Assembly: GCA_036172245.1 (NCBI GenBank)
Contig: JAYWIR010000028.1
Location: 1,612,001 to 1,676,000 of the forward strand
Direction of reading: 5' to 3'
From: Raillietiella orientalis
Taxonomy: Eukaryota
Length of the DNA stretch: 64,000 nucleotides
In this document: positions 10,900 through 24,299 of the stretch, one piece after another
Position numbering within the stretch: position 1 is the stretch's first letter
Layout: each line of letters opens with the position of its first letter
The notes under the pieces: model-generated
What the model was told of the DNA's origin: nothing
The model's database searches: none
What the model saw: the letters and a program-made list of their open reading frames with translations, nothing else
Translations under genes and position numbers: made by a program

Positions 10900-13800
10900 A
10901 TTCCCTCTTCCGAAATGCTGCAGCAGCGCGGCGCGAGGAAGGTTTCGGTATTGATTTTTCTCCCCGCGCGCGGGACACGAGGTTTGTGCGGGATGCCACT
11001 GCTCTTCGCCACCGCTCCCGTTCGGGCTGAGGGATCTGCCATCTGATCAAACACGATGATGGGGGCATCTTCTGGAGGATGCGGGGCAGCCCTACTGGCT
11101 GCTGCTGCATTAGGCGACGGACTGCTACTTCTTAGGCGTGGTCGCGTGTGGAGAGAGCGCCTTCCCTTCCCGGCTGCCCCGTGTTCTTTGCTTGCTTCCA
11201 ACCATGTGAGGGAGATGGAATGGGGTTTTCGGGGATGCCAGCGGCGGTCGCGCCAGAGACGTAAACGACGACAAAAGAGCCTGTCCACGCGAAGGTGGAA
11301 AAAGATGCCGGCGGTGTTTTGTTGAATTTCGGCAAAAATCGAAAAGATGGCCAAGATGTAAAGTTTGGATAAGTCGTCAGAGCGATGACGACAAAGACGC
11401 TTTGGGGTGGCAGTACCAAGAGGTGATGTTTCAGGTGCATCCGGGACACCACGGTCCCAGCGTCTCGGCCTGCGATGCAACCATCGTTCGTGCGGGTTTT
11501 CAAGGAAAAAAAAAAAAAAAAAAAACCAGATTCTCCACGGTTCAAAGCACCTGGAATGTTTTTGTTTACCTTGACGATCTCGGGAGTAGTTAGCGGAAAG
11601 AACACCTAATCAGATGTTGATTACACGCACGGAGAAATTACAGACTCTCGCCGGGGCATTTGCAAGTCTTCGGCTGTTCTACCGGAGGAATTTTTCCAGA
11701 CCGGCTTTCTGAACGGTCTCTGTCGGCAGTGACTTATTAGTCACCGGAGCAGAAAATAGATTCATTATATTCTTTGCTAATGGCATGTCTCGAACAAGGA
11801 AGCCTTTTTTAGAATGGTGCCGAAGATACTTTGTTGCAGTTTCAGTTTGCGCTCCTTGACACGGATACACGAGGGATTTTTCCTTTTCTTTTTTTTTTCG
11901 AGCAAGCAGCTTTCCCGGTACACAGCGCACAGGACGAAGCGTCTCCAAAGGCAGCGCCGGCGCCACGATGTCCTGGAGTAAAAAAGTGACCAGCTAGGAG
12001 CGGTTTACCCTGGCGGGCAGCCGTTCCGATTCGGCCCGACGTCACCAAAGCCAAGACGGGAGCAGCCTTCCCAGCGAAGGCAAGCGCGTCGGAGTCGCAT
12101 CTTCGGGCGCAGTTGCGTAAGGGGCGTCCCACGAGCTACAAACACCTATTAACACGAAATACGGCGGAGCTTCTCGAAGACGCCATTTTAGCGCGAACAC
12201 GTGTCCACAGTGTGCATTTCGTTAAGCAGTGGAGGCATCCAAGTGGTTCCAGGCCAGAACTCGCAGCTGCTTTCCTTGCCGATGCCGCAAGCCGGATTGC
12301 AGAGCGAAGGCGATGCTGCCGCCCGAACGCGGGGGGGCTCGTCCCGGCGAAGCGTCCTCAGCCGCTTGGTGGGGAACACTTGAATAGGGCGAACGCAGGC
12401 AACTGCGAGCGCGCGCCCTCCTCCTCCGCCATTTCATCCCTCCACCGCATTCTTCGCAGGCGGCGCGCCGGCGAACGAATTCCGAACGCAGCGCCACCAC
12501 CCCGTCCCTTTCCCCTCCCGTCCTTTTTCGCGGAGGAGGCGGTTGCGCTCCCGGACGCGGGAACATCCCGGTCCCGGTCGCGTTCCTTTGTGCGTTACCT
12601 GGCTGCACGCCTTATTGGATCGTCGCCTCCCTGGGCAGCGAGTTGGGGTAGGCGGCGCGAGGAAACAAAGAGGGCGTCCCTCATCCGTTTTGTTCTCCGC
12701 GTCCTGCGTTTGTTCTTCCGCCGGTCGCGCGCGCGGAACCATTCGGACGTGGGCGACGCCCGTGTTGCCCGGCGCAACCAGCGAGAGCCATCGTCCTGGC
12801 TGCCTGGTCGCCGTGAAAGTCTGTCGGAAGGCTCACCCTGTCCTCGGAAGGCCAGTCCTTCCTTGGCGCATTCGAACCCCCCACCCCCACCCCTCTGTCG
12901 GATTCGCTGAAGAGGGACCCTCGGAGAGAGCCGCCGGTGCGTTTGGACGGCTTCATTCGGCCTTTCCGATGACGTAAGCGAGAGACTTTGTCTCGGTGCC
13001 ACTTCCGTGTTTCGGTGCCTGCAAGCCACGGGGCGGTCGCACGCAACCACGGCTCGTTCCTTCCCGTCAAGAGGAACGGCGCGTCCTGCGAAGCTGCGAG
13101 GGAGGGATCTCGCCCACCTCTTTATCTTGCCAGCGTTATCTCGTTCTCTTACCGGCGGGATGGATTTTGAAGAGCAGGGTGATCGATGAGCCAGCGCGGA
13201 AGTTTCCAGAGGTATCGTGCTCTTGGGCAGGCTCACCTTCGCGTCCCACCCACGCCGGATGGCTTGGAAACCGGCCTCATGCGCGGAGGTGGCGTCGTCG
13301 TGCGTGCAGGCAGAGACGAGCGGAAGCTTTTGGCGCCTGCTGCAGCAGGGCTTCGCTTCTTGAGGAAAGGGTTACGGTGGCTCCGGTGAGTGGAAAGCGC
13401 GATCGAAGGGGATTGCCTGCAGGTTGAGGAGGCATCGAAAGAAAAATGCTGCAGACTTGGAACAGCGTTAGATCGAAAGTGGCGCGTCGCGTGCTTGATG
13501 CTGCCATCTAACCCGGGGGACAACCGAGACAGTGTGACCATGATAAGGGAACTGAGTCGGGACTTTCTTTTCCCTCTTGGGACAGCATTGCATTGTGAGT
13601 GGTCGGTGGAGACAAAAGAGAGGAACAGTCTTTTTGACGAAGCAAGTTTCCCACCTTAATCTCACTGCCTTCGTTCTTCTAGCTTCAATAGTGGAACCTC
13701 CCTCGAAAGTGACCTCACTCATTGAAGTGGGGTCACTTTTAAAGAAAATTCGTGCGTCTTCCTGTTCGTGGTTATTCTTTGGGAACAGCAGGATACTGTC

Positions 13801-15300
13801 CTCATCGCCCATCCCAGGCGCAGGTGAGGGGCGAGTGTGCTGTTCCATGCCTGGAGCTTGGATTCTTGCGAGGCGTGTCCACGGTGCAGGCGCGAGAGAC
13901 CTTGAGCCACCTTGGGAGATGCTTTCCGAGTAACTGCGGAAAGTTCCAAAATCCGCGAATGATTCAAAGAGCTGAAAAATGAATTCCTCTTCCACCTACG
14001 TGAGTTCTTTCGCCGCAACCTCGCCCGAGGCCTACGAATCCCCCCTCCCTCTCTTTTTCTTTTTCTTTTTTAGAAAAAAAATGCATATTAAGAAGGGGTC
14101 ATTGCGATGCCGTGAAATCTCATCTTGCAATGCTGCTGATCACGGCAAGGGGAAACTCGGGCGTTTCGATCACACGGATTGGATGCTGAGGAACGAATGA
14201 CACGAATCCCGCGACGGTCTGCTCTTCCTGACCAGAAACGAAAAGCTTCTGTGTCGTTTACGCTGAATCTGCCGGTCGCTCGTTCTGGAGGAACTTCCCG
14301 CTCGAGCCAAGGTGCACACGGAGAGCCCAAGGCTGTGGGCCCAACTTGCCTGCCCACCTTCTTAAGAATTTTTGCCTCCCTTTTCAAGTTTATTTTAAGA
14401 ACTCGAAGGGTTTCTGCTCGGGAGAGGGCGCCGAGAGGGCCGATTCTACCTCCAGCCTGGTCTCCATGGAATTCTCACTCGTGCTTCGCTCCCGTTTCGG
14501 TTCTCAACGGCCGGAAATGTCTTCCGGCGGAAAAGTCCCCCACGGAGGGGGAGCACCCTTTCCGCTCTCCCCGGAACCGCTCGGCTGATTGTCCGACCGA
14601 AGATCAGCTACCGCCTGCATCATAAATTTTGTTCCCCTCAAGGCGAGCGTAGGCACCATCCTCACACGCGACTGTCGCCCGCTCCGCTCTTTCTGGAAAA
14701 GTACGCGATTCGCCATTTCAGCTGCTCCTTCCTCTGCTGCATCCCACATCCGACACTCAGTTTTTTTTTTTTTTTTTTTTTCGTTTAGACCCACCGAGTC
14801 TCCGCTAAGAGAGATTCGGCAGCTGGGGGGCGGGTGGCTTGTTCTAGGGGCTGAAGCCCCCCGCTCGGCGACCGTCGTCGTGTTCCGAGTTACAAACTGC
14901 AAATGCAGGATTCGTCTTTGTCTGCAGCTTCCTCGTTTCGGATGTCTAATCTTGGCGAACTTTGCAGATGGCGAGTTTCGCGGACTGCCCTCAAAGGTAC
15001 GGATGGTGCATTACCTGAGCACCCTGAGTGAAAACAGTGCCACACGACGAAACGATAGGCATTATGCCCAGCTGGGCACGTGGTCGCTTTACACCACCGG
15101 CTGCTGCTGCTGCTACGAGCAGCCACGTGATCCCATAGTAAGAAACACCCAGCACATTTTTTCCCTTTCCTTCTGCGTTCCAATTCCTTGTTTCCGGAGG
15201 CCTGCTTCCAGTCTCCCATGCCAAAGCATCTGCAGTGAGAGAGAGCTCAGCGTCGGGATCTCCCTCTGTAGGGAGGCTGTCTTCATGCCAAACTGGTTTC
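10900..15300 (-). mobile_element. Decayed BEL/Pao element (possible gag Zn-knuckle, RT, RNase H, integrase Zn region)
   Basis: KKCAGCFLLWDH ~15150; FSFDASS ~13435 (cf. RIVFDAS); RCVPGK ~11920; NDGCIAGR..LKHHLLVLP ~11420-11490 (cf. DGxLRVxGRL..KHPIILP). Confidence 0.6.
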
Positions 15301-15739
15301 GTTTCGGCGCGAAGCGCGTCGTACACCTCTGACAGTGCATTCCGTGCACCGCTGGTTTTTCAGCCGGGAACGTGCACCACACCGCTGGTTAAGGTGTTCC
15401 TCGATCCCTCGTTCCTGCTTACTAGTTGGTAGCTTGTATTTTGCTCGTCCTCGTCCTTTTGGCTAAGATCAAAGTGCCTGGCTGTGAGCAGACAGCACGT
15501 GGGCTCAGGAGAGTTCCTGAATCCTCTTCCTGTAACCCCGATGAAAACAGTTTAGGTTCTACGCGAGTGTACCATCATAGGCGATACATCAGCGTCTAGG
15601 ACTGTACGGGTCTGATGTTTTCAGTGCATATCCCGGGAATTTCACATACCTATCAAGCTAATTAGGAATACATAACAATGCATGGCAACACACGCATCAT
15701 TCGTGGAGAGATTCTCCGCAATGTTAGAGAGGTTGTCGA

Positions 15740-18700
15740 GCCCCCCAAGGTCAATCCTTCGATGTTCTGTGGTGTGGCACGACTGAAGGATTACTGGCAA
15801 CGACCCATTCGATGCTACGTATGGACGGGCGGAAATGGCGTATGTCTCTGGAGGATTATTTTTCTGCCATCAGGTGGTCATCTCACTTCCAGGGCATCTT
15901 CATCAGTATCGCATCGTTGGCCTGGTCCCAAGCACCAAGAGATCCCACCGTAAGAACATACACTGAGACGGGAACCCCTCTGGAGTCAGACCCCAGTGTC
16001 CCGCGCATCAGTATAGACCATTTCTTCAGGATCGACAACTGTCTCGCTCCTGGAAAACTGAAATCTGATGAACACCAGGTTCATGGCATCTCAATTTCCC
16101 AGGAATTTCACGACGAGCGTTCCTTGTTGTTTCTTTCAGATACAAAATGAAGTGACCATCCTAGTCCGTTTCTTCGTCGTGTCTCTTTTCCAGTGCTGTT
16201 GCCAAATGCCCGAAAGGGCAAACGGCGCCCAGAATGGTTTCCTTTCCTTGCACCTGGAACACTGAGTCCGGCTTCAGTTTCGAATCTGTTTCCAGAATAG
16301 ACTGATTTCGGAGGTCGCCAGCTCCCAGTGCTTCATGGTGGTCCTCTTGATGTGAGGTACTGTGCCTTTCAGCAACCATGGCTCCATTGTTGATGCAGTG
16401 TTTGTGAATCTTTTCTGGAGATGCTGCCTACACCAGACGCACCTGCACGTTCTGTGGCACCATTTCAGGTGGGCGGTGCCTTCACAGGCAGTAACATGTT
16501 GAGCCGCGTTCCGTGGTTGGATCTGCAGCACCGAACAGGTGCTGCAGATCGAGGCATTCAAGAGATCTCGAGGAGAATCCCTGGGTGGGTTTTTCCTTCC
16601 GTCTTCCTAGTTCTCACCTCATGAGAGTCGACAGGTCCAAAGCACCTAGCAGGAAATCTTGCCTTGCGAGGCTCGGAGTTTCGCGGATTGGCGGTCCACG
16701 CCACTCCCCGACACCAAAAAATTGATTCGGTCCGCAAACGGCGTCTCTCTCACGTGTTTAGAGTGGAATCCTCATGGAGATGCTGATTTATGAAGTCGTC
16801 ATCCTCGTGGATAAGAGTTGGAAAGGTCAGCGCCGGATTTGGGATGCGCATTCTCGTTGAGGAGGACTCTCGCCGGCTCTTTTCCATCGCACCTCAGTGC
16901 CAATGCTGACCTTGCGTCTGTGAAATTCGAAAATGCTCGAGAGCAGCCCCGGCATGACCACGAAGTGGTGTTTGGAAGTCTGCAGTCTCTGCCGAGGCAT
17001 TCCCTGTCCTCACGCTGTATCACAGGTGACCTTTTGCTCTCTACTCTGACTGCATTGGGTTTTTCCTGCTGCTGACCTCCTCTTTCGTTGACGTAGCTCC
17101 TGTCTTCATCATATTCCGTTCTAGAATTTCCCTCAGCAAACTCCTGCTTGTTAGAGGAGTGTCTGGCGATGGAACTATCATTAAGTACACCTGATCAAAG
17201 ATGGCAACTAGTCATCAGAACTTCCGATCAAAGGTGTCCGGTGTTTGTGCTGGATGTTATCTTGCTCTCGACATTCTTGGAGGGAAACAAGATAAAAGAT
17301 AACGAGCTCCTTAGATGAGATAGCAATCACCTTATCTTCTTTTTGCAATCGTAAGAGGAAAGTTTCTTGTGAGAAGGCACCTCGTGATCTCAGCGGCTCC
17401 AGGTTGCAATTTCTCTCACGTGCGAACTCGGTTGATCTTTCATTTCACGCACGCCACTTTTTCCTTTGCTCACGGGAAATGGACGGAGAGCCAATGGTGT
17501 GGCAAAAGGAGATCGGACGCTGAGAGTTTTTTTTTCTTGCATTCTATTTCCGCCTTTCTCCACTGTTTCTTCCCTCTTCGTGATCGTCAAGTGTTCAGCT
17601 CTGAACATCACCGCTTTGTCGTCCGTGAAAACAAAAAGTAAACCCACTCTTCAAATATGTGCCTTCCTTTTCCTTTTCAACATCCCCTCCATCCTAGGGT
17701 ACCAGAATGCACGTTTTCACAGGAAGCTGTTTTTATTCAATCTTGGAGACATGTGAAGAGCGTACACCTTTTTCCCTTCAAACAATTGTGATTCCTGAGA
17801 GCCCATTATGATTTCTCCTCCTATCTTTGCAGGGATCCTTTCTCACGAGGTGAATAGTGTAACCATAGAGGGTGCTGAGTCTTGAATTTTCCTCGAAAAA
17901 CTCCACCGTTTGATCAGACAACCACCAAGGAGCAAACTGATCCATCCATGGAGGTCGAATCGGCTGACAAAATACTTCATCTATAGGGCTCTTTGGGCGT
18001 ACCTTAGGAAGAGCATCAAGAGAAAGCATGCCTTAGTGATTTCTAGGGTTTCAGAGAGCAGATTAGCATGAATCTCGGCAGGTTCTCAGAAACTTCCCAA
18101 TTCTCAGGTGTTTCTTTAGTTTTTCCAGAATTATCACCGATAGCGGAATGACATCATCAATTAAGAGTGGGAATCCTTGATCCCCCAGCGAGGGAGACTT
18201 TGACCTTAATATGGCTTTGGAGTTCTCAGTACGAACTAAGGACTCGGAGAAAATCCACCTGTTTGGGTGTTGAGCTAAGAATGTGGCGGCAATGCCGACC
18301 TCCTGTTCAGGAGCCTAAATTTATTGCTCAGTTGGGTTGATGTTGAGGTTCGTTTCATCGAGGAACAACCCTGCATTCTCCGAAACCATGCCAACGAAAT
18401 ACGGTTGCGGACGCGAAAGAGAAATCGGAAATCTTTGCAGATGAAAAAGACCCAGTGTCCTATCAATTTCTTCGCTTCCTACGCAGGCAACTTCAATCAC
18501 TGCTACGTACACAGTAGTCGAGTCATCCAAGACCTTGGCAGCAGCCGATAACCACTGGTCCGCCTAAGTTGAGTTGTCTTCTTGATGAATTTCTCCAGAG
18601 GATCAGATCTCTTGACAGTGAAGTTGGAAATTTTGTGCTCAATGAGTGAGGGTATGCGGCAAAGACTCTTCGCATGTCGAGAACCTCCCGCACATTCCAT

Positions 18701-19700
18701 CCGCACCGCTTCCTGTGGACGTCTCTCTCACGGGAAGCAGATCGAACCAAGCCACTTGTCTGAAGTGAGGTAGGGGAATCTCAGGTGGTATACAAGAAGT
18801 GGCTGGATATGCGTTGCTGCCGGACGCAGAACACGGTCTTTCCCTGTTCCAAATTTCATAGACGGACGAATGCTTCCTTGCATTGAAGCATGACTACCAC
18901 AGAGGTGAAATTCGCGCCATCAAAGGTGTCAATCAAAGGTGAATCCTTTGATGGCCACTTTCGGTTTGCCATCTTCAGATGTCCAACACTCTTGCATTCT
19001 CCCGTATTCTTGGCGACTACCATCATCATACCATAACCGCCAAGTAATGACCTATGCATCAATGCCCAGTAGGCCATTGCCCAGTTCGGTCATCTTTTTG
19101 GATGTGATACCAGACATGAATGTCGGAGGTCCGCGTCTCAGTGTTCCCATCGGATTTCTATGAAGGCCACCATGCGCGGAGGCTTGATTCAGAGATGTTA
19201 AGAGCTCTCTCAAGCTGTCCACAAATAATAAGTCATTGACCTCGTTTGGTGAACCGGCGAGACCAAGACACGCCTTCGAGCGGTCGGCATATAAAACAAA
19301 TATTTGTCTGCGTCCTGCTTAGGTCAGCACATTTCTTGATAACTTGCCAACTGTAGGTTACTTGTTTACCTACGTGTATCAAGCTTTCGGTAATGGAAGG
19401 GAAATGGGAAAGCTAGTGCTTGTGCAAAGGAGGAAGGCTGCAGTCTCAAATATGGGTGCTGGGACAAGCATCTGGTCTCTTGAGGACTCCCCTTGGAATA
19501 GGTTTATCCGAAACGGTTTTCCAGGTGCTTGCTCGAACCAGAAGTCCCAAGGACAGGATTGCTAGCATGTCAGATTTCGGAGAGAGATTCCCCGTTTTCC
19601 TCTCAAATACTCGCTCTCGTACTTCGCCCAGGAAGGCAGGGAATCATTCTCCAGCCTCTTTTTCTTTTCTCTGGATGAAGAAATCCACCGAAAGAGGGAA
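15740..19700 (-). mobile_element. Decayed BEL/Pao pol (RT, RNase H, integrase, C-terminal tail)
   Basis: LNLGGP ~18560; VSRFDLHGWIS ~17950 (cf. IFDPLGWLS); HLTITKREE and SHVREI ~17400-17600; CRGCSR..ARV..SGAD ~16830-16950; APPT*NGATER(fs)VRLV*AA ~16430-16480 (cf. APxxGGxWERLVRSVKxAL). Many stops and frameshifts. Confidence 0.85.
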
Positions 19701-19949
19701 GGGACAACTTTGAAGCTCTTGGAGAGATGAAAGCAACAAGAAGCAATTTTAAGGACAAGAGCTTCTTGGTCAATCTCGGGCTTTCAGACAGAAAGAAAAA
19801 GAAAAAAAACTGCATTTACAATCAGCAGCATCCAATATTTCCTCTCGATTGATAGAAAAATGAAACTCTTCTCTCATTCTTTGGGAAACAGCTTACTGTT
19901 GCAGGTTTCCACAAGACTGTCTGTTTGGCGTCTCCACGAACTTCCAGGC

Positions 19950-22900
19950 TGGAACGCGGGAAACTGAGAGCTGGAGTTCTTTGCTATTCTATCTGCAGTT
20001 CGTCGGTCCAGGTGGGCAAGATTCTCTGGTTCTCATTCCCTCATACCCCACTGTCATCCTAAATCATGTTTCGGTTCCGTCCGTTTAGCTGCTGGGGTCC
20101 CAGGAACGACTCTGCAAAAGCATCCAATCGGAGGGCGTACTCCATCTCGTTCCTTGCCATCGTCCTTTCGCGATCCATCATGTACGAGCATGCGCCTCTG
20201 ATTTTTCGCCTCCGGTGAAGACAGACGCCCGTCTTTCCGAAACGTGTGCCGTGAAGCAGGAGCCTGCTTCCCACCATGCTACCCCTCCTTCCCAATAAGC
20301 AGTCTTCTCTGCTCTGCAATCCATCTAGCAGTTGTTCCCGTTCTCTCTCAGAGCTCTGCGTACTGTGCTACTTTTCTCTCGTTGATCTCCATGCTTCCGC
20401 AACAGACGGTGATTCCCTTGGCTGTCACGCAGTGACCTGCGATGGCATGGGCGCGACGGCGTTCCCGGTTCCTCTCACCGGGATGCGAAGAGAGCCAGAA
20501 GCACTATCCTCGACGGACTGCACCCATGGTGTTCAGTTCCCCTCGCTCTTTTAGCGCATTCCGGCTTTTCGGACTTCGCGGAGCTCGGCGGCGGAACAAT
20601 TGGTTCCTCCTGACTTTTCCCGAGTGCTGTCTGACTCTTCTAGAGCCGGTTTGTCCTCTGTCCACCCCAGAACCGCCTCTGCTCTTTCCAAATCGTTCCT
20701 CCTGCTTCTCCTTTTTCTGGACGAGCAGGCGTCTGGCTCTGTCTCAACAAGGAATCCCATCTCCCGGAAGCTGCAGTGCAGTCCCCTGTGACGGCAGAAT
20801 GAAAGACAACCGCAGTGGGTTTCGGGAAGTCTAAGAGAGGAGGAGAAATAGCTTTCTGTCTTTCAAAAGGAGAAAAAGAAAAGGGGAGTGGGTGTAGTCA
20901 GGGAAGGGCAAGAGGCAAACTCGTACCGGACCTTTGGAAAGGGGTCTCCCCCTCTTGCTTTCTCCAGGTGACACCCCCACCTAGAGGGTGCTGTATGAAA
21001 ACGAAGGAGACCGTCTCCTCTTCTGCGCATCAGAGGCCAGTTCCCGAAAATGGGAGGCAAAGAGCTTGCATGCAGGAGCCATCGAAAGCGTAGACGTTTT
21101 TCAGCGTAACACGTCCAAGATTCCTCCTCTGACTCCCGGGAAGGATCCCGGACTTGATCTCCCCGGATTCTGGCGGTCTCCAGGAAAATCGATCTCGAAG
21201 GTCCCCTGCTGCATGCCCCCTAGCTCCCTTCCCTCCTGCAGTAGGAGTCCTTCTGGTTCCTTGAGAGTCTTCTCCTTTTTCTAGGAGCCTGTGTAGATGC
21301 TTCTCATCTCCTCTCTCCCCTCTTCATTTTGGGGCACCTTCGTAGGTGCTTCTCACCTCCTTGCTATCCTCTCCTCCTAAGACAAAATCCACCTCTTTTC
21401 CTCTTTTGGAGGTCCCTGGAACAAGCTCAAGCATCCTCTTGTTTCCCTCCTGGAAGAACTCTTCTTTCTCCAGAATCCTCCCCTTGTGCTCCCCAGCCAC
21501 ACTCCTCTCCCTTTTCTCGCGTGCAAGGAACTGATGAAACGATCTCCTTCCAAAGGAGTTCTCGTGCCCGCAGCTGCAAGCAGCGGGAAGCCCAGGGAAG
21601 CTCGATCAGCAAGCTGGTATTCGAGTTGCCCTGCCCTTCCCCGTATTCCTCCCGCAGTGCGGACCTCCTTCCCGCCCCTTGCAAAACGGTTCAGCCCCGT
21701 GGGAGCAACCCAGTTTCGGGGCGAGGAAGCGCCGGAGAGGGGAGAGCCTGGATGCTTGGCTCCTTCCATCGTTCCAGGCGGGAGGCGGTACCCTACCAGA
21801 CCCTGCTCCTCCGAGGGTGCAGCCAGCTATACGGATGCCAGAGGGAGCAGCGGTTCTACGCCTTTAGTCCCCTCCCGTCTCTCTCTCCTGACCTCCGGCA
21901 ACGCCGGCTGTCTTCAAGGAGTGCAGGGAGAGAGCTCCGGGAACGCTGGCAGAGGGAACCACGTCGGGTCGGCGACGAGTTTTCGAGGGGAGGAAGAGGA
22001 GGAAGGCAGGAGAGAGGCCGGCGGAAGCGCTGCAAGACCTGCGGCTTGGACGAAACAGGCGTGGGTCCTCCGAAGTTTCTGGACCACCTCCGTGGCCGCG
22101 GTTCTTCAGACCCAGCTTGCTTCAGCCACCTCAGAAGCGGGAATTCGCTTCTGAGGCGACTGTCTAGAGTAGACAGCAGCTTCCCCGTTCGGAGGGAACC
22201 TGTCTTTCCCCCTCCGGCTCCTCCCCTGGTCGGGTGCTTCGTCTCTTCCTGCTGCGCGGATGAGCCAATGCCCGGCGATGGCCTGCGGCCGAGAGCGAAG
22301 GGGCGCCCTCATGGTACAGTCCTTCGGGCCTCCCTGCTCGCAGTCCTTCTCAGGAATGCTAGTCCGCTGCCCCAAGGATCACTCCGAGAGCCTTCGGCTG
22401 CCCGCGGGAAACTGCAGGCTTCTCCCTACGAGGGGGACCTCGGTGCGCGGCGGCCGCTGCTGGTGCAGTTTCCCAGGGGCGGTTCCTCCGATGGCGAGAG
22501 GCTTCCCACACTTCCGCTCCGATGTCTTCCGCTTCCTCGGAAGACATCCTCTTCGTCGCGAGTCCTCGCGATCTCGTGGGGTGGAGGTCCATCCCATCTT
22601 CCCCGTACGCAGCTCGCCGCCGCTCAGAACCTCTGGCCGCCCTTCGAGAGCTGCAGCAGACCCCCGAACTCCGGTCCTCTCCTCCACGTACACGTTGGAA
22701 GACTCTCGAGCACCTACGGAACCCGCCCCCCCTCCACGAGGGGATAAGACCGAAAGGCCCCTGGAGATGTTCCGCGGTCGCAGCGGTCGATTGGCGTCCC
22801 GTGCTCGGCCCTCGACGTTCTGACTGCGGGCTGCGTCGGAGCGATCAAGCGCGGCTCGTCCTGCACGCGTCGGCCCCACGCGTCCTCACGTGCCGCCGCC

Positions 22901-23300
22901 GCTGACAGCTCTCTGACAAGTCCTTGTTCTCCCGAGGAAAGAATTTCGTGCCCTCCTCCCCCTCCCCCGTCGCGCATTCCTGGGGGACGGGCTGCGTCCG
23001 ATCTTAGCAGGGCCACTTGAAAGGGGCCGCGCCTGCGAACGCCTTCCCAGCGCGGTTCCCATGGCAGCATGATCCTGTCCCTCGATCCCTTTTCGTGGGT
23101 CGGGGAAGGTCGACCAGGGAGCGTTCTCGATGCAGCCGTACGCTTTCGGGCGCAGCTTTCCCCCTCCTACCACCTTCTCGGACTAGGGGACCACTTCATT
23201 GGGACAGGATAAGGCGCGAGTTGAAGCAAGTCATCCGTCGTCTCCCCCCCCCCCCTCCCCTCGAGAGAGGACGAGGCTCCGGACGCGTGCGAGGGCAAAA
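19950..23300 (-). mobile_element. Decayed BEL/Pao pol (RT to integrase)
   Basis: PFQVALLRSD ~23010; RGLSVLSP, then NVYVEERTG and EVLSGGELRTGK ~22600-22760 (cf. FG..SP, FYVDD..TG, L..GGFxLRKW); QLADRASLG ~21600; GTNCSAA ~20600. Confidence 0.7.
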
Positions 23301-24299
23301 AGCCCGGGGTGATCAGTCGCCCCGAGCGACTCCTCGCCCTGAACGAGTCTGCCGCCGCACGCACGCGCTCGCAACAGGGGAGAAGGCTGGGGCGAAGGGT
23401 CGTCTCCGCATGTCCAGCAGGTCGGGGCGGCGGGAGGCCAGTTCCTCGCAGGACCAGGGAGAGGGGCCATCGGGTGCGCCGAAAGAGAGACCGAGTCGCG
23501 AGGGTCTCACGCGCACGAAGAGGTACCGCTAGAAGGCGCCGATCTCTGCCTACCCATCGGACAAGAAAAGGGGGGAGAGAGAGGTCGTGGGGGATCCACG
23601 GAATTCCTCGTTCGGGCGAAAGGAGCGACTGCCCGCGGGGGCAGTGGAGCGGTTAGAGCAATGATCTCGCCGGGAAAATCTTGAGGCCGAGACGAGCCGC
23701 GAAGCTGCGCCAGTCGAAGGCTCAGAGGCTCGCTGCAACTCCCCACACACGAGCCCGGAGGTACTCCGGAAGCGCGTCCTCTTCGCCCGAACCTCTCCTA
23801 CCAATGCCGACTGCTCTTCCCTCTGATGCTCTTCTCTTCCCGGATCCTCTCCTCTCGCGCGGGAAAGGCGTTTCCGCGGAAACGCTCTCTTTTGGGAGCT
23901 TCCGTCCGCGTTCCTCGCTCGCCCCGACGCGCTGGCGCTCACGGCACTCGGTCGGGAGAGCGGCGGGCGTAGAGCGAGCGAGGGGAGGGGGCCGCTGTCT
24001 CTGCCTCCCCCTCCCCTTTCGGCAGCCGCGCACTTCCCGCCCCTCCTCCCGCTCGCGCGGGAGGGGGCCTCACCTGGTCACATGATCCACTTTCTCCCGG
24101 CCAGAACCTTCCGCCCCAGATCGCTTTCACCCCCGATTGGCTGTGCAGGGCGGCCTTCCCTGACCGGGAGTCGCGCCTTCTCCTCCCTTTCCTCCAGGCC
24201 CTTTTCGCACCCCCCATCCCAGGAATCCGAGAGAACTTCGTCAGAGCGGAACGGCGGATCCAGCGGAACGCCGCCGGGTTCGCAAGGGAAGGCACGAAG

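Noticed and set aside
15330..15740. 3' LTR after a G-rich tract on minus
   Set aside because: No second copy seen in the window and no clear TG..CA termini.
16440..16570. TGA read as Trp (alternative genetic code), suggested by APPT*NGATER
   Set aside because: The same element has TAG/TAA stops and frameshifts, TGG to TGA is a single change, and the intact gene needs no recoding.
21329..22747. 472-aa plus-strand ORF
   Set aside because: It is an antisense shadow of a minus-strand BEL RT-RNase H remnant, with no protein-like composition.
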